Assembly (NCBI GenBank): GCA_904420125.1
Contig: CAJFUK010000053.1
Location: 1 to 64,000 of the forward strand
Source of the DNA: Candidatus Falkowella caecavicola
Lineage (GTDB): Bacteria; Bacillota; Clostridia; Oscillospirales; Ruminococcaceae
DNA: 64,000 bases
Direction of reading: 5' to 3'
This document shows positions 9,182 through 19,345 of this stretch, in pieces. The translations under genes were made by a program, and so were the position numbers. The stretch's first letter is position 1. Every line of letters starts with the position of its first letter. Below the pieces are notes generated by a model, which had not been told where the DNA came from, did not search any database, and was given only the letters and a program-made list of their open reading frames with translations.

Positions 9182-9514
9182 ATGACTGCCGCCGCACTTT
9201 GCGAAATGTTAAATCTGATTCCGCTTGCTGGAATGGAAGGAAAGAACAAAGAAGTAACCGGAGGGTATATTGGTGACCTGCTCAGCTGGGTCATGGGACG
9301 CTGTAAGGAAGGAGATGCCTGGATAACGGTAATGGGAAACCGTAATGCTGTAGCTGTTGCCCTTCTGCGGGATGTCTCCTGTATTATACTTTGCGAGGAT
9401 GCAGAGTTGGATGCGGATGCCCGGACAAAAGCAGATGAAGAAGGGATTTTTATTGTCCGTTCTTCCCTGCCCGCATATGAACTGGCGATCCGCCTGTCCG
9501 CCCTTTTAAAGTAA
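9182..9514 (+). CDS. DRTGG-domain protein (second copy).
   Basis: GGAAGGAG RBS. The domain pattern matches the 7055 ORF. Confidence 0.55.
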   Translation: MTAAALCEMLNLIPLAGMEGKNKEVTGGYIGDLLSWVMGRCKEGDAWITVMGNRNAVAVALLRDVSCIILCEDAELDADARTKADEEGIFIVRSSLPAYELAIRLSALLK

Positions 9515-9580
9515 GGTGCTGTCCATCAGCCGGTATTGGCCAGTGGATATGCAGAATGGAAAGGAGCGAAAACCCAAAAT

Positions 9581-9763
9581 ATGAAGCATTTTCAAAGGCT
9601 ATTGCTGTTGACTCTGGCCTTAGCCATGGGAGGCGGATTAGGCTACCTGTTATTGCCTGATTTTGAGCCGGTTCAAATGATCCTGTTTTCCGCCGCCTGC
9701 CTGGTATTGGGAGAAATTTTCTATCAGGTAGATAAATATATATCAAAAAAGAAGTCTTCATAA
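9581..9763 (+). CDS. Small predicted membrane protein (two hydrophobic helices). The start is uncertain.
   Basis: Hydrophobic ORF followed by a terminator. Weak RBS. Confidence 0.3.
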   Translation: MKHFQRLLLLTLALAMGGGLGYLLLPDFEPVQMILFSAACLVLGEIFYQVDKYISKKKSS

Positions 9764-9896
9764 TTGGAATATTCTCCCATTTAAGCAGACGACCAAACGG
9801 CATGTATCCGGTATGCGGGTTCCGCTCCAGATAAACTGAGTAACCCGCTTTTCATTCATGGCCGTATTGCCGCACTTCTTATTTCTGCACGAAAAA

Positions 9897-9936
9897 TCCC
9901 GACTTTAAAATAGAGTCGGGATTTTTTTGCACAGGC
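9897..9936 (+). terminator. Rho-independent terminator (CCCGACTTTAAAATAGAGTCGGG followed by ATTTTTTT).
   Basis: Hairpin plus T-tract. Confidence 0.8.
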
Positions 9937-10046
9937 CTGCCAGCTTCAATCTTTCCGGCTGCACACATGCGGGCAAGCCAAAACAACTTGTTTTTTTTAT
10001 TTTTGTGGTGTAAGATAAAGAAAAATCTACACATAGGAGGCACACC

Positions 10047-10967
10047 ATGAGTCGAATTCCTGTTATTATCGACACGGATCCGGGCGTAGACGACGCTGCC
10101 GCATTGGCTGCAGCCTGCTTTTGCGATCAGTTGGATATTCGTTTAATTACAACCGTTTCCGGAAACGTCAGCTGTGAAAAAACAACTGCAAACGCCTTAA
10201 AGCTTCTCGAATTTTTCAAAAAAGACATCCCGGTTGCCCGCGGCTGTGCATTTCCCCTGCTTCGGTCTCCCTTTTATGCCGATGATGTGCATGGGGAAAC
10301 CGGCCTGGATGGTTATATATTCCCTCCTCCATCGTCATCTCCGGTTCCAGTACATGCCGTAGAAGCGATCCATCATGTCCTGTTGGAGTCATCTGAGCCG
10401 ATGACACTGATTACCCTTGGAGCCTTAACGAATATTGCAGCACTGCTGACCCTTTATCCGGAGATTAAACCCCGTGTGCGGGAAATTATTACCATGGGCG
10501 GCAGCTTCTCCGGTGGAAACGTCACCTCAGGTGCAGAATTCAATATTTATGCGGATCCACATGCCGCTCAAATCGTCCTGCAGTCCGGTGTACCCATTCT
10601 GCTGGTCGGACTTGATGTTACCATGAAAGCGCTGCTGGAACCTGAAGATGTTGAACAGATACAAAGTACAGGGCCGACCGGACAAATGCTCTGTGCCTTA
10701 TTTGCCCATTATCGTGCGTCTTGCCGGGACGGATTGGAAATGCACGATTCCTGCGCGGTTGCCGCTTTAGTGAAGCCAGAGCTGTTTACTATACAAAATG
10801 TATTTGCTGAAGTTATCTTAGACGGTCCGGGCGCTGGTACGGTGATCGGGGACTTCCGCATGCGGTTTCATGACCATCCTAATGCGCGGGCCTGTATGGC
10901 AGTGAATACACCAGCGTTTCGCCAATGGTTGGTACAGGCGCTGCGAAAAGCAGACGCTGCGGAATAA
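10047..10967 (+). CDS. Inosine-uridine-preferring nucleoside hydrolase family protein.
   Basis: N-terminal DTDPGVDDAAALA aspartate-cluster motif. AGGAGG RBS. Confidence 0.85.
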   Translation: MSRIPVIIDTDPGVDDAAALAAACFCDQLDIRLITTVSGNVSCEKTTANALKLLEFFKKDIPVARGCAFPLLRSPFYADDVHGETGLDGYIFPPPSSSPVPVHAVEAIHHVLLESSEPMTLITLGALTNIAALLTLYPEIKPRVREIITMGGSFSGGNVTSGAEFNIYADPHAAQIVLQSGVPILLVGLDVTMKALLEPEDVEQIQSTGPTGQMLCALFAHYRASCRDGLEMHDSCAVAALVKPELFTIQNVFAEVILDGPGAGTVIGDFRMRFHDHPNARACMAVNTPAFRQWLVQALRKADAAE

Positions 10968-11355
10968 ATCCCCTGCATTGATAGGTGGGCCATGATGAAA
11001 AGCCCGCATTTAAAGGTATCGTCCGCTGATCAAGCTGATCAATATATTTCCTCCCAAAACTATTTTCGTCATTTTATCTGCGGGTTCTAATGGAAAGTGC
11101 AAGCATGCAATGATGGGCATATTTGGATCGGCTTTATTTTTGAGAAATATCACGGTTTTATTGCACAAAAAACAAATCATCTACTTGTTAAAAATTTAAC
11201 TATTATATCTGGACAAATAGAGGGTTTGCATGGTACAATAGGACCAACCGGTAAATACAAAAATCGGGACAGTCTTACCGGCATAAAATCCACATACATC
11301 TATCAAAGATCTTCATGGCTGTGGGTCGGTCCATTTTCAGGGAGATGTGTATCAA

Positions 11356-12815
11356 TGAAATGTAAAAAAATAATATCTATATTCATGGTTGCCTGTATCA
11401 TGGTATTTTCGGTTTCCTGCTCCCCCGCAGACGAACCGTCCATTTCTTCTTCCACGAGTTCTCAGGAGGAAACTTCAAACTCTGAAGATCCTGCAACAGA
11501 TGGTGCCGGTCAATCAGAAGAATCAGAGACATCTCAAACACAGAGCCTGTCCGAACAAGATCTGCAGACGATAGCAAAGAACTGTACGGACGCCTTGTTA
11601 GACGCAGAATTTACCACGGTATATGAGTATTTTGGTTCCTTATTAAAGTTGCAGCTGTCAACAGAGGCACTTCAAAGCGCTTGGGAGCAGACGATCGCCG
11701 GACAGGGAGATTTTCAGGAGATTGTCTCTGATGAAATACTGGAGAATAACGGACTCTCTACAGTACAGAATATTTTACGATATGAAAAGACAGGGATCCG
11801 TATTTCTTATACATTTGATCAAGCCGGGCAAATACAGGGATTATGGTTTGGCTATACAACCATTTCCGACGGACCGGAAAGCACAGAAATCTTTACGGAA
11901 TATCCCATTGAAATCGGTACAGGTGAAATCAAACTGGGCGGTTTTCTGACACTGCCCAATGGAATAGAAAAGCCTCCTGTTATTATTTTAATACAGGGAT
12001 CCGGACAATCTGACCGGAATGAGACTGTCGGTGCAGCCGGCAACGCGCCGTTTCGTGACCTGGCACATGGACTGGCTGCTCAGGGGATCGCGACGATTCG
12101 TTATGACAAACGATATTTTGCTTTTCCCGAACTGGTCCCAGATGGCGGCCTGTCCCTGACGATTGAAGATGAAGTGCTGGAAGATGCGGGAGATGCTGTG
12201 CGTTTTGCAGCAGAAGACGGGCGGGTCGATGCGGATCGGATCTATTTATTAGGACATAGTATGGGCGGCATGCTTGCTCCCAAAATTGCTGCCGATCACC
12301 CGGAAATCCAGGGGATTATCTCAATGGCCGGTACTCTGCGCAAACTGGAAGATCTGATGTTAGATCAAAATAGGGAAGCATTGGCCTCGATGGACAATCT
12401 GTCAGAGGAAGAACGTCAAACGGTTCTGCAACAGGTAGAAGAACAGGTGCAAAAAATCAAAAATCTCCAGCCTGGCCAGGAGCCGGAACTGCTGATGGGC
12501 GCTTATTCCCCGTACTGGCTAAGCCTGAACGCCATTGACAGTCAGGCGCTTGTGCAGTCCCTGTCTATTCCCATGCTGATTATGCAGGGCGGTATGGACT
12601 TCCAGGTCTATCCGGATCCAGATTATCTTTTATGGCAGGAAACTTTGCAGGATCGCAACAATGTGTCATTTCAGTTTTACGATCATCTGAATCATCTTTT
12701 TATGCCTTCTTCGGGCAAACGGGATGTCAGCGATTACGACACAGCAAACCAGGTGGACCCGCAGGTGATCGCGGATATTGCCGCATGGATTCACAGTTTA
12801 GCTGTCCATCCGTAA
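11356..12815 (+). CDS. Lipoprotein alpha/beta-hydrolase (S9/dienelactone-hydrolase-like). It has a lipobox signal (VSCS), a Ser/Thr/Glu-rich linker and a GHSMGG nucleophile elbow.
   Basis: Signal peptide and GxSxG motif. Start chosen at the internal Met MKCKK rather than the longer ORF. Confidence 0.7.
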
Positions 12816-12836
12816 ACAATCTAAATAGAAAGAGGA

Positions 12837-14039
12837 ATGAAAATGAATGTGGTACAGTTAAAAGAAGGTATTTACTCCGTCGGTGTACAAAATCCCAGCT
12901 TACGTGTTTTTGATATTATCATGGCGACCAAATACGGCACATCCTACAATGCATATCTGGTGGCAGGCAAAGAAAAAACTGCCCTGATTGAAACTGTTCA
13001 TCTCACATATTTTGAGGAATATCTGGAAAATCTACAGGCTGTCTGCGATATCCATAAGATTGATTATCTGATTCTCAACCACACAGAACCTGACCACAGC
13101 GGCAGTGTCCGTCGGCTTCTGGAACTGAATCCTGATATTACTGTCATCGCAACCACTGCAGCACATAAATATCTGGCCAACATTACCAATATATCTTATC
13201 AACAGCAAGCAGCTAAACCAGGCAGTTTCATTGATTTGGGCGGCATAAAATTAGAATTTATCCCAGCACCCATGCTGCACTGGCCGGATTCCATGTTTAC
13301 CTGGTGCCCAGAACAAAAAACGCTCTTTTCCTGCGATTTTCTCGGAGCGCATTACTGTGAACCCCGTCTGTTGGATACAAAAATCACCTATCCGGATCAA
13401 TATCTGGGTGAATTTAAAAACTATTATGAGGCGATCTTTTCCCCGTTTAAGCCCTATGTGCTGGCCGGTCTGGATAAAATTAAGGACTTGCCGCTAGAAT
13501 GTGTCTGCCCCAGTCATGGTCCCATCCTCATGGAACGGATCCAAAGCGCACAGGCGCTGTACCGGGAATGGAGCACACCTGTTTCGGACAGTGCTGTTAA
13601 AAAGGTGCTGATTGTCTATGTGTCTGCTTACGGATGCACCAAAAAAATAGCTGAAATATTGGCCCAAACCCTGACCGGGGAATTCGGCATTGAAGTAGAA
13701 ACCATCAATCTGGTCGAACAGTCTTTTGACGGACTGGCAGCAAAAATAAACAGCTGTCATGGCCTGCTGTTCGGAACCCCCACGATCAACCGGGATGCGC
13801 TGGCTCCAATCTGGCAAGCATCGTCTATGATTGACGCCATTACCAATAAGGGAAAAGCCGCCGGTGTCTTCGGTTCATACGGATGGAGCGGTGAAGGGGT
13901 GCCGATGATCGTAGAACGTTTTAAAGGTTTAAAACTGAATGTTGTAGGGGACGGCGTCACTGCCCTGTTTGTACCGTCTGAAGAAGAAACGGAAAAAATT
14001 CGGGAATACGCGCGGACCTTTGCAGCAGCTGTTCAGTAA
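12837..14039 (+). CDS. fprA: Flavodiiron protein (FprA-type A flavoprotein; metallo-beta-lactamase domain plus flavodoxin domain).
   Basis: HxExDHxGS-type di-iron motif (NHTEPDHSGS) and a C-terminal flavodoxin-like segment. Confidence 0.85.
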   Translation: MKMNVVQLKEGIYSVGVQNPSLRVFDIIMATKYGTSYNAYLVAGKEKTALIETVHLTYFEEYLENLQAVCDIHKIDYLILNHTEPDHSGSVRRLLELNPDITVIATTAAHKYLANITNISYQQQAAKPGSFIDLGGIKLEFIPAPMLHWPDSMFTWCPEQKTLFSCDFLGAHYCEPRLLDTKITYPDQYLGEFKNYYEAIFSPFKPYVLAGLDKIKDLPLECVCPSHGPILMERIQSAQALYREWSTPVSDSAVKKVLIVYVSAYGCTKKIAEILAQTLTGEFGIEVETINLVEQSFDGLAAKINSCHGLLFGTPTINRDALAPIWQASSMIDAITNKGKAAGVFGSYGWSGEGVPMIVERFKGLKLNVVGDGVTALFVPSEEETEKIREYARTFAAAVQ

Positions 14040-14053
14040 GGAGGATTTGTATA

Positions 14054-14698
14054 GTGAAAGCCATCCTGTTTGATCTGGATGACACACTGGTCAGTCGTCA
14101 GATTGCCTTTGAAAAATTCTGTGAATATCTGATTGACAAATATCTGCCGTCTCTGCCGGCGCCTCGGACAGAAATCATCGCGCATATGATTGCGGCTGAC
14201 GGACGGGGTTATCGGGGTGCAGACCGTTTTTTTAATGAAATCATTGACCGGTGGGGATTTAAAACCAATCCGGAGCAAATGATGGAAGAGCGGTTTGCTG
14301 TCTTTCCGGAATTCACCACCCCGATGCCGGGCATGCATGAAGTGTTGGAGTCGCTTGCAGCCCGGTATCCGCTGGGCATGATTACCAATGGATCCTCTAA
14401 CCTGCAGCAGTCTAAAATTGACCGTGCAGGAATCCGACATTATTTTTCAACGATTATCGTTTCCGGCGAGGTTGGCATGCGAAAACCGGATTCCCGGATC
14501 TTTTGGCTTTGCTGTCAACAGATGGGTCTGGATCCGTCTCAAACGGCTTATGTCGGAGATAATCCGCTCAACGATATAGAGGGTTCGCTTTCGGCAGGAT
14601 TACGGCCATACTGGCTGGACCGCAGCGATGCGCCAACTCCGGAACATGTGATCCGTCTTAAACAGTTGACAGACCTTCTGCCTCTCTTCTGCAAATAA
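14054..14698 (+). CDS. HAD-superfamily hydrolase (subfamily IA).
   Basis: Motif I LFDLDDTLV. Downstream HAD motifs. Confidence 0.8.
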   Translation: MKAILFDLDDTLVSRQIAFEKFCEYLIDKYLPSLPAPRTEIIAHMIAADGRGYRGADRFFNEIIDRWGFKTNPEQMMEERFAVFPEFTTPMPGMHEVLESLAARYPLGMITNGSSNLQQSKIDRAGIRHYFSTIIVSGEVGMRKPDSRIFWLCCQQMGLDPSQTAYVGDNPLNDIEGSLSAGLRPYWLDRSDAPTPEHVIRLKQLTDLLPLFCK

Positions 14699-14711
14699 AT
14701 CGAATTTAAAT

Positions 14712-14760
14712 AACCTGCTTGTCTGCCGTTTTTTATGACAGACAAACAGGTCTTTTATTT
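14712..14760 (+). terminator. Rho-independent terminator.
   Basis: Imperfect hairpin CCTGCTTGTCTG...CAGACAAACAGG followed by a T-rich tract. Confidence 0.6.
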
Positions 14761-14881
14761 TTATAAGTTTATAAGAATCAAACACATTATTTATATTTTT
14801 ATTGAATAATAAAATTTATTTATTGACATTCGATAATTTTTTTGGTAAAATAAAACCAATCTTTTGAAAGGTCGTGCAATC

Positions 14882-15361
14882 ATGAAAACAAGTCAAACTG
14901 CTCGTTTCTTATTGGGCGTGCTGATTGCCGTTGCCGGCATCACGCTTTTTCTATGTATTTGTATTGTTCCCGCTTTTGCCGAAGATTGTGCCCAAATGTT
15001 TCCGGAAATCAGTTTTATGCGGATCCCATGCCTGATATTTCTCTATATAGCTGTGCTGCCTTTTCTGTTTGCTGTTTTTAAAGCAATTTGTATTTGCTGG
15101 CGAGTCATTAACGAAAATGCCTTCTGTTTGGAAAATGCGCGGGCACTGACTGTGATCAGCCGTTGTGCGCTGTTTGAAATGATCTGGTTCCTTCTTGGTG
15201 GAATTATGCTTCTGATCTGTCGTATGCTGTATCCGGGCTTTATTCTGGCCGGCCTTGTGGTGATTGTTGCTGCTGCCGGCTTCTCCACACTCTGCGCTGT
15301 CCTGTCCCAATTGATCAGCAATGCAGCCGATTTACAGGACGAACACAACCTCACCATTTAA
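14882..15361 (+). CDS. DUF2975-like polytopic membrane protein, the usual partner of a YozG-type HTH regulator.
   Basis: Four hydrophobic segments. It sits immediately upstream of the small XRE/YozG-like gene. Confidence 0.55.
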   Translation: MKTSQTARFLLGVLIAVAGITLFLCICIVPAFAEDCAQMFPEISFMRIPCLIFLYIAVLPFLFAVFKAICICWRVINENAFCLENARALTVISRCALFEMIWFLLGGIMLLICRMLYPGFILAGLVVIVAAAGFSTLCAVLSQLISNAADLQDEHNLTI

Positions 15362-15374
15362 GAGGAGGAGTATC

Positions 15375-15584
15375 ATGCCGATTATCATTAATATTGATGT
15401 GATGCTTGCAAAACGCAAGATGAGCGTGACAGAACTGTCTGAAAAAGTCGGGATTACCATGGCAAACCTATCCATCTTAAAAAATAATAAAGCCAAAGCA
15501 ATCCGTTTCTCCACACTGGAAGCGTTATGTAAAGCGCTGGATTGCCAGCCTGCCGACCTGATCGAATACCGTGATAATGACTGA
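15375..15584 (+). CDS. Small HTH transcriptional regulator (XRE/YozG-like, 69 aa).
   Basis: HTH motif MSVTELSEKVGITMANLSILKNN. GAGGAGG RBS. Confidence 0.75.
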   Translation: MPIIINIDVMLAKRKMSVTELSEKVGITMANLSILKNNKAKAIRFSTLEALCKALDCQPADLIEYRDND

Positions 15585-15639
15585 TCTGATTTTACAAATC
15601 CCCCTGCCAATGGCCGGGGATCGTAAGAAAGTGATATCA

Positions 15640-15960
15640 TGTTTTCTGTTTCATCAGTGCATTCACCGGAATAAAGTTTACAAGGTCATAGGAAATGCGG
15701 AATTGTGCCAACCACAAAGCCTGTAGAGATAGCCACAAAGCGGCGCAAGAAGACGCAGGTCTCTGGTGGAGATTTCAAAGCGTTTCACGCTTTGAAGCGC
15801 TGGCCGAGCCGGCAGGTAAGACCAGCTACTTGTATGGAACGAAGTGACGTAAAACAGCCCGGACATTCGGATGTCCGGGCTGTCTGCCTCGCAGGGCGCA
15901 CTTCTATACAGGGATTACCCCCTGTATAGAAGTGCGCCCTTTGTTCCAAAGGGATTTTTC
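15640..15960. other. Structured non-coding region between convergent genes. It contains hairpin CAGCCCGGACATTCGGATGTCCGGGCTG and a perfect 20-bp inverted repeat GGGCGCACTTCTATACAGGG-attacc-CCCTGTATAGAAGTGCGCCC. These are likely bidirectional terminators, possibly a small RNA.
   Basis: Inverted repeats read directly. No convincing ORF. Confidence 0.5.
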
Positions 15961-15969
15961 AGGTTCTCT

Positions 15970-17184
15970 TTAGTAATTGAAACTTCCGTCCCATGTGGGC
16001 ATATTGGAAATATAGGAACTTTCCACCGCAGGAACATAATATGCTCCGTAGGTTTTTAATCCGTTCTCTCGTTCTTCTTCAGGTAACTCAACATAGAAAC
16101 AATAGTATGGCATGTAGTATTCTTCGTATTTGCCTGTCCGGTAGATGAGTTCCACTTTTTTGATAAACTCTGCTCCAGAAATTGCATAGGGGACAGTCGT
16201 AATATAATTACCGTTTAGCAACAACTCTTTTGCCTGCTCCGAACTGATAATTGGATAATCTCCGAGTTTCTTGGATAAATTGGGCTGATATATCCTTGCT
16301 ATGAACAGTTCCCCGTTGTCATCGCAGTAAAATGCTACCCGATTAAAATTGTAGTTTATGATTTGCTCAACATCACTCTCACCGGCGTCAAAAAACTCAA
16401 TGGAATAGCTCTGTTGGTTATAGATATTGTAATCTCCACCGTAAATGTTCACCTGCGGATCGTCAAGGCCAATCAATTCGCAATATTCGCTTTTCAAATA
16501 ATCAGCCACGGCAACCTTATCATCGTAGGCGGCATGGTGGGTGAAGTTATATTTTTCCGGTAGAGATATTGGGGGATCGAAAGATACTTTTGCCGTCATG
16601 GTTTGGTCTACTTCGATTTCCACCCCATCTGCCTCAATGATCAGTTTCGTTGGTGCAAAGTAACCATCGGGAACGGGACATCCTACGCTTTGGAATTTCT
16701 CGATAATCTTCTGCTGGGATTCTCTGTCCGGTGCATTGTCGGTAATGAGCAGACTATTTGTATCAAGCCCTAATCTTCCGGCAACATCCAATATAAATGC
16801 CTGCATCTTATCAAAATCAGCCCCCGATGCAATAAAGTTTGCATCATAGGTCAAAGAATTTTGATAAACGGGCAGTGTGGATATTTTAGAATCTTCATTC
16901 CAAGGATTTGCATTTACAAGTTCTGAAATGTCATACGCCATATATCCCTCATATCCCATTGCTGATGTGTTTTCAGAAATCGACAACATAGGCAGATCAG
17001 AATTTAATCCTGATTCATCTTGCAGCAAAAGCCTTGTTCCCGCAAGAACCATGACTGCAAAACAGGCAGCAACGGCTCCCCACTTAATCCAAGAATATTT
17101 CTTTCGGTTCGGCTTGGCATCTGCCGCTTCCACATAGGCGGGATCGATCAGCTCCATCTTATCCAAAAATTCATTTCCTCTCAT
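15970..17184 (-). CDS. Putative anti-sigma factor / membrane-anchored protein with a single TM helix and a large extracytoplasmic domain.
   Basis: Its start overlaps the stop of the ECF sigma gene (ATGA). Hydrophobic helix near the N-terminus. Confidence 0.45.
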   Translation of the reverse strand: MRGNEFLDKMELIDPAYVEAADAKPNRKKYSWIKWGAVAACFAVMVLAGTRLLLQDESGLNSDLPMLSISENTSAMGYEGYMAYDISELVNANPWNEDSKISTLPVYQNSLTYDANFIASGADFDKMQAFILDVAGRLGLDTNSLLITDNAPDRESQQKIIEKFQSVGCPVPDGYFAPTKLIIEADGVEIEVDQTMTAKVSFDPPISLPEKYNFTHHAAYDDKVAVADYLKSEYCELIGLDDPQVNIYGGDYNIYNQQSYSIEFFDAGESDVEQIINYNFNRVAFYCDDNGELFIARIYQPNLSKKLGDYPIISSEQAKELLLNGNYITTVPYAISGAEFIKKVELIYRTGKYEEYYMPYYCFYVELPEEERENGLKTYGAYYVPAVESSYISNMPTWDGSFNY

Positions 17185-17750
17185 AGAACGTAACCCTCCT
17201 TTTCAAGATACTCCCGAAGCTGATTACGGCATCGGTAGAGCGTAGTTTTTACTTTGCTTTCAGACAAAGTAAAGCGATTGGAAATGTCGTCTATGGAATC
17301 CAGATACCAATACCGTCGAATGAAAATATTCCTTTTCTCTTCATCCAGCTTACTAAGAAATCCATTGATTGCTTTACGTAACGTCATATCATCTATACGA
17401 CATTCAACATCATCGGGAGCAGGAATACATTGCTCAATCTCTGAGCTGAGTTCACATATAAATGCGCTGCGTTTCAGTCGGCTGCGATTACGGCAGCAGT
17501 TCAAAGAAATATGACGAGTAATCCGGGCAAGAAACGCATACAAATAGCTTCTTGGCTCATGGGGTGGGATGGTGTTCCATGCTTCCATGTAAGTATCGTT
17601 TTCACATTCTTCGGCTGTCTGCTGATCATTGACTATTCCATAAGCCAGAGAATGCAAACGGCTTCCAAATTTTTCGGTAGTCTGCTTGATTGCTGTTTCG
17701 TCACGCAACAAATATAATTCGACGATTCTGTTATCATCCAAGGTTTTCAT
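17181..17750 (-). CDS. ECF-subfamily RNA polymerase sigma-70 factor.
   Basis: Sigma region 2 and region 4 features in the translation. Coupled to the downstream membrane protein. Confidence 0.85.
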   Translation of the reverse strand: MKTLDDNRIVELYLLRDETAIKQTTEKFGSRLHSLAYGIVNDQQTAEECENDTYMEAWNTIPPHEPRSYLYAFLARITRHISLNCCRNRSRLKRSAFICELSSEIEQCIPAPDDVECRIDDMTLRKAINGFLSKLDEEKRNIFIRRYWYLDSIDDISNRFTLSESKVKTTLYRCRNQLREYLEKEGYVL

Positions 17751-17861
17751 CTCCTTTCTTTTCGTATTGAAAGGCCTTCACCCTAATAAGCACTGTTTAG
17801 GGTGGATCGGTTACACTTTTCAAGAAAATAATAGCATAAATTATTGCTTTCAGCTATGGGC

Positions 17862-17900
17862 AAAAAATAACGGGTACCCGGCTTTAATACCGAATACCCG
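17862..17900 (-). terminator. Rho-independent terminator for the CBS gene (ATAACGGGTA...TACCCGTTAT followed by TTTTTT on the minus strand).
   Basis: 10-bp inverted repeat plus T-tract. Confidence 0.6.
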
Positions 17901-18011
17901 TTATCTCGTTTACCAACCTCACCTGACAGATGCCATCATCGTAATTTTTCGGATTATTTTCTTATGAGCACCCGTGTAACCGGCAGGGGGATTTGTGCTG
18001 CATGACACTTT

Positions 18012-18422
18012 CTACGGCATACAAATTTCAGCAAGCGCTTCGGCAATTTCTGCGGATGTGCGCACTCGTGCAATATCTGCTAAGCTGACAATTCCCTCCA
18101 GCCTTCCGTTTTCTAAAACCGGAAGGCGGCGGACCTGTTCCTGGGACATCACATGGATACAGTCTTCTAACGACTGATTCGGTGCGACACACGCGGCCGA
18201 CTCTGTCATTAAATCTCCAATCCGGCATTCAGCCGGACTTTTTCCTCCAGCTACACAACGCAGAACGATATCACGGTCTGTCACCATTCCGCTCACCGTT
18301 GTTCCATTTACAACCGGGATGACACCGATATCATACCGTTGCATTAATTTTGCGGCTTCTGTTACAGTGGCATCTTCTTTCACTGTCACAACATGTGACG
18401 TCATTACATCTTTTACAAGCAT
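18012..18422 (-). CDS. CBS-domain pair protein.
   Basis: Two CBS repeats in the translation. Confidence 0.85.
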   Translation of the reverse strand: MLVKDVMTSHVVTVKEDATVTEAAKLMQRYDIGVIPVVNGTTVSGMVTDRDIVLRCVAGGKSPAECRIGDLMTESAACVAPNQSLEDCIHVMSQEQVRRLPVLENGRLEGIVSLADIARVRTSAEIAEALAEICMP

Positions 18423-18444
18423 GGTTTTACTCCTCTCCTATTGA

Positions 18445-18480
18445 CAGATAGAAAAATAACAGGGATGAATTGCTTCATCC
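18445..18480. terminator. Bidirectional terminator hairpin AACAGGGATGAA-ttgc-TTCATCCCTGTT flanked by T-runs on both strands.
   Basis: Read directly. Confidence 0.7.
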
Positions 18481-18490
18481 CTGTTATTTT

Positions 18491-19345
18491 TTACGGTTCT
18501 CCATAGATTATGCGGTAATTCCGCTGCAATACGCCGGCGCCGCGGAATCCAAATGCGCGCGTTTTGACCAGTGCAGGAATATCCTCATACCGCAGAATCG
18601 GAATACAGTCTTCAGAAAAAGCCCGGATCGATGTTTTCTGCAGCATATGATTATGCGGACAGACTTCCTGACAAATATCACACCCCCAGAGCAGCCCGCC
18701 CCGACGCACCAAAGCTTCTTCTTCCTGGGACAACTCCCCCTTTTTCTGGGTCACAGCGGATAAACATACCGCATCGGTCCGCCCGTTTGCCGACAGACAG
18801 CCGGACGGACATGCCTGTATGCATTTTCCGCATCCGATGCAGCCGCCTTGCGATGGCGTGTTGCAGGTAAACGGAAAATCTGTTGCAATTTCTCCGATGA
18901 ACTGATAGGTTCCAAACGCCTTGGTGATCAACAATCCGTTTTTTCCGCGAACACCCAATCCAGCCTGGACTGCCGCCGTCACCTCAGGGAACGGAGAGCT
19001 GTCAGTGAACCAGGCAAACTGAGCCTCCGGATAGCGTTCCTGCAAAAATCTGCAAGCTTTTTCCAGCATGTCACGGACGACTAAATGATAGTCTGCCACG
19101 ATGGCATACCGTGAGATATTATGCGGCATTTCTCCAACATAATAAGGGAACAGACAAACGATCAGCCGCACGGCATCTTTGGGGATCCGCTGCCGTGCGC
19201 GGCAGGGAAGAAAGGAAGTGCTGGACGGCAGCGAACAAACACCAAAAGAGGGAATTCCGGCAAAATCCATGGCCTGACGCAGATAATCCACATCTTTTTC
19301 CGAACACAGGCGCCCATCCAAAACAGTTTCCGTTTGGGCCGTCAC
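18491..19345 (-). CDS. queG: QueG-like protein (epoxyqueuosine reductase family) with 4Fe-4S di-cluster motifs CIGCGKCIQACP and CDICQEVCP. The start is uncertain. The full-length ORF (to 19531) overlaps the upstream gene by 190 bp. A GTG start at 19345 with a GGGGAGG RBS, sharing GTGA with the upstream stop, is an alternative.
   Basis: Ferredoxin-type Cys motifs. RBS analysis of the overlap region. Confidence 0.45.
   Translation of the reverse strand: MTAQTETVLDGRLCSEKDVDYLRQAMDFAGIPSFGVCSLPSSTSFLPCRARQRIPKDAVRLIVCLFPYYVGEMPHNISRYAIVADYHLVVRDMLEKACRFLQERYPEAQFAWFTDSSPFPEVTAAVQAGLGVRGKNGLLITKAFGTYQFIGEIATDFPFTCNTPSQGGCIGCGKCIQACPSGCLSANGRTDAVCLSAVTQKKGELSQEEEALVRRGGLLWGCDICQEVCPHNHMLQKTSIRAFSEDCIPILRYEDIPALVKTRAFGFRGAGVLQRNYRIIYGEP

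Noticed and set aside
11097-11355. N-terminal extension of the alpha/beta-hydrolase ORF (572-aa version)
   Set aside because: The extension has no RBS and precedes a perfect lipoprotein signal peptide beginning at the internal Met (MKCKK...). The upstream part is more likely an untranslated leader.
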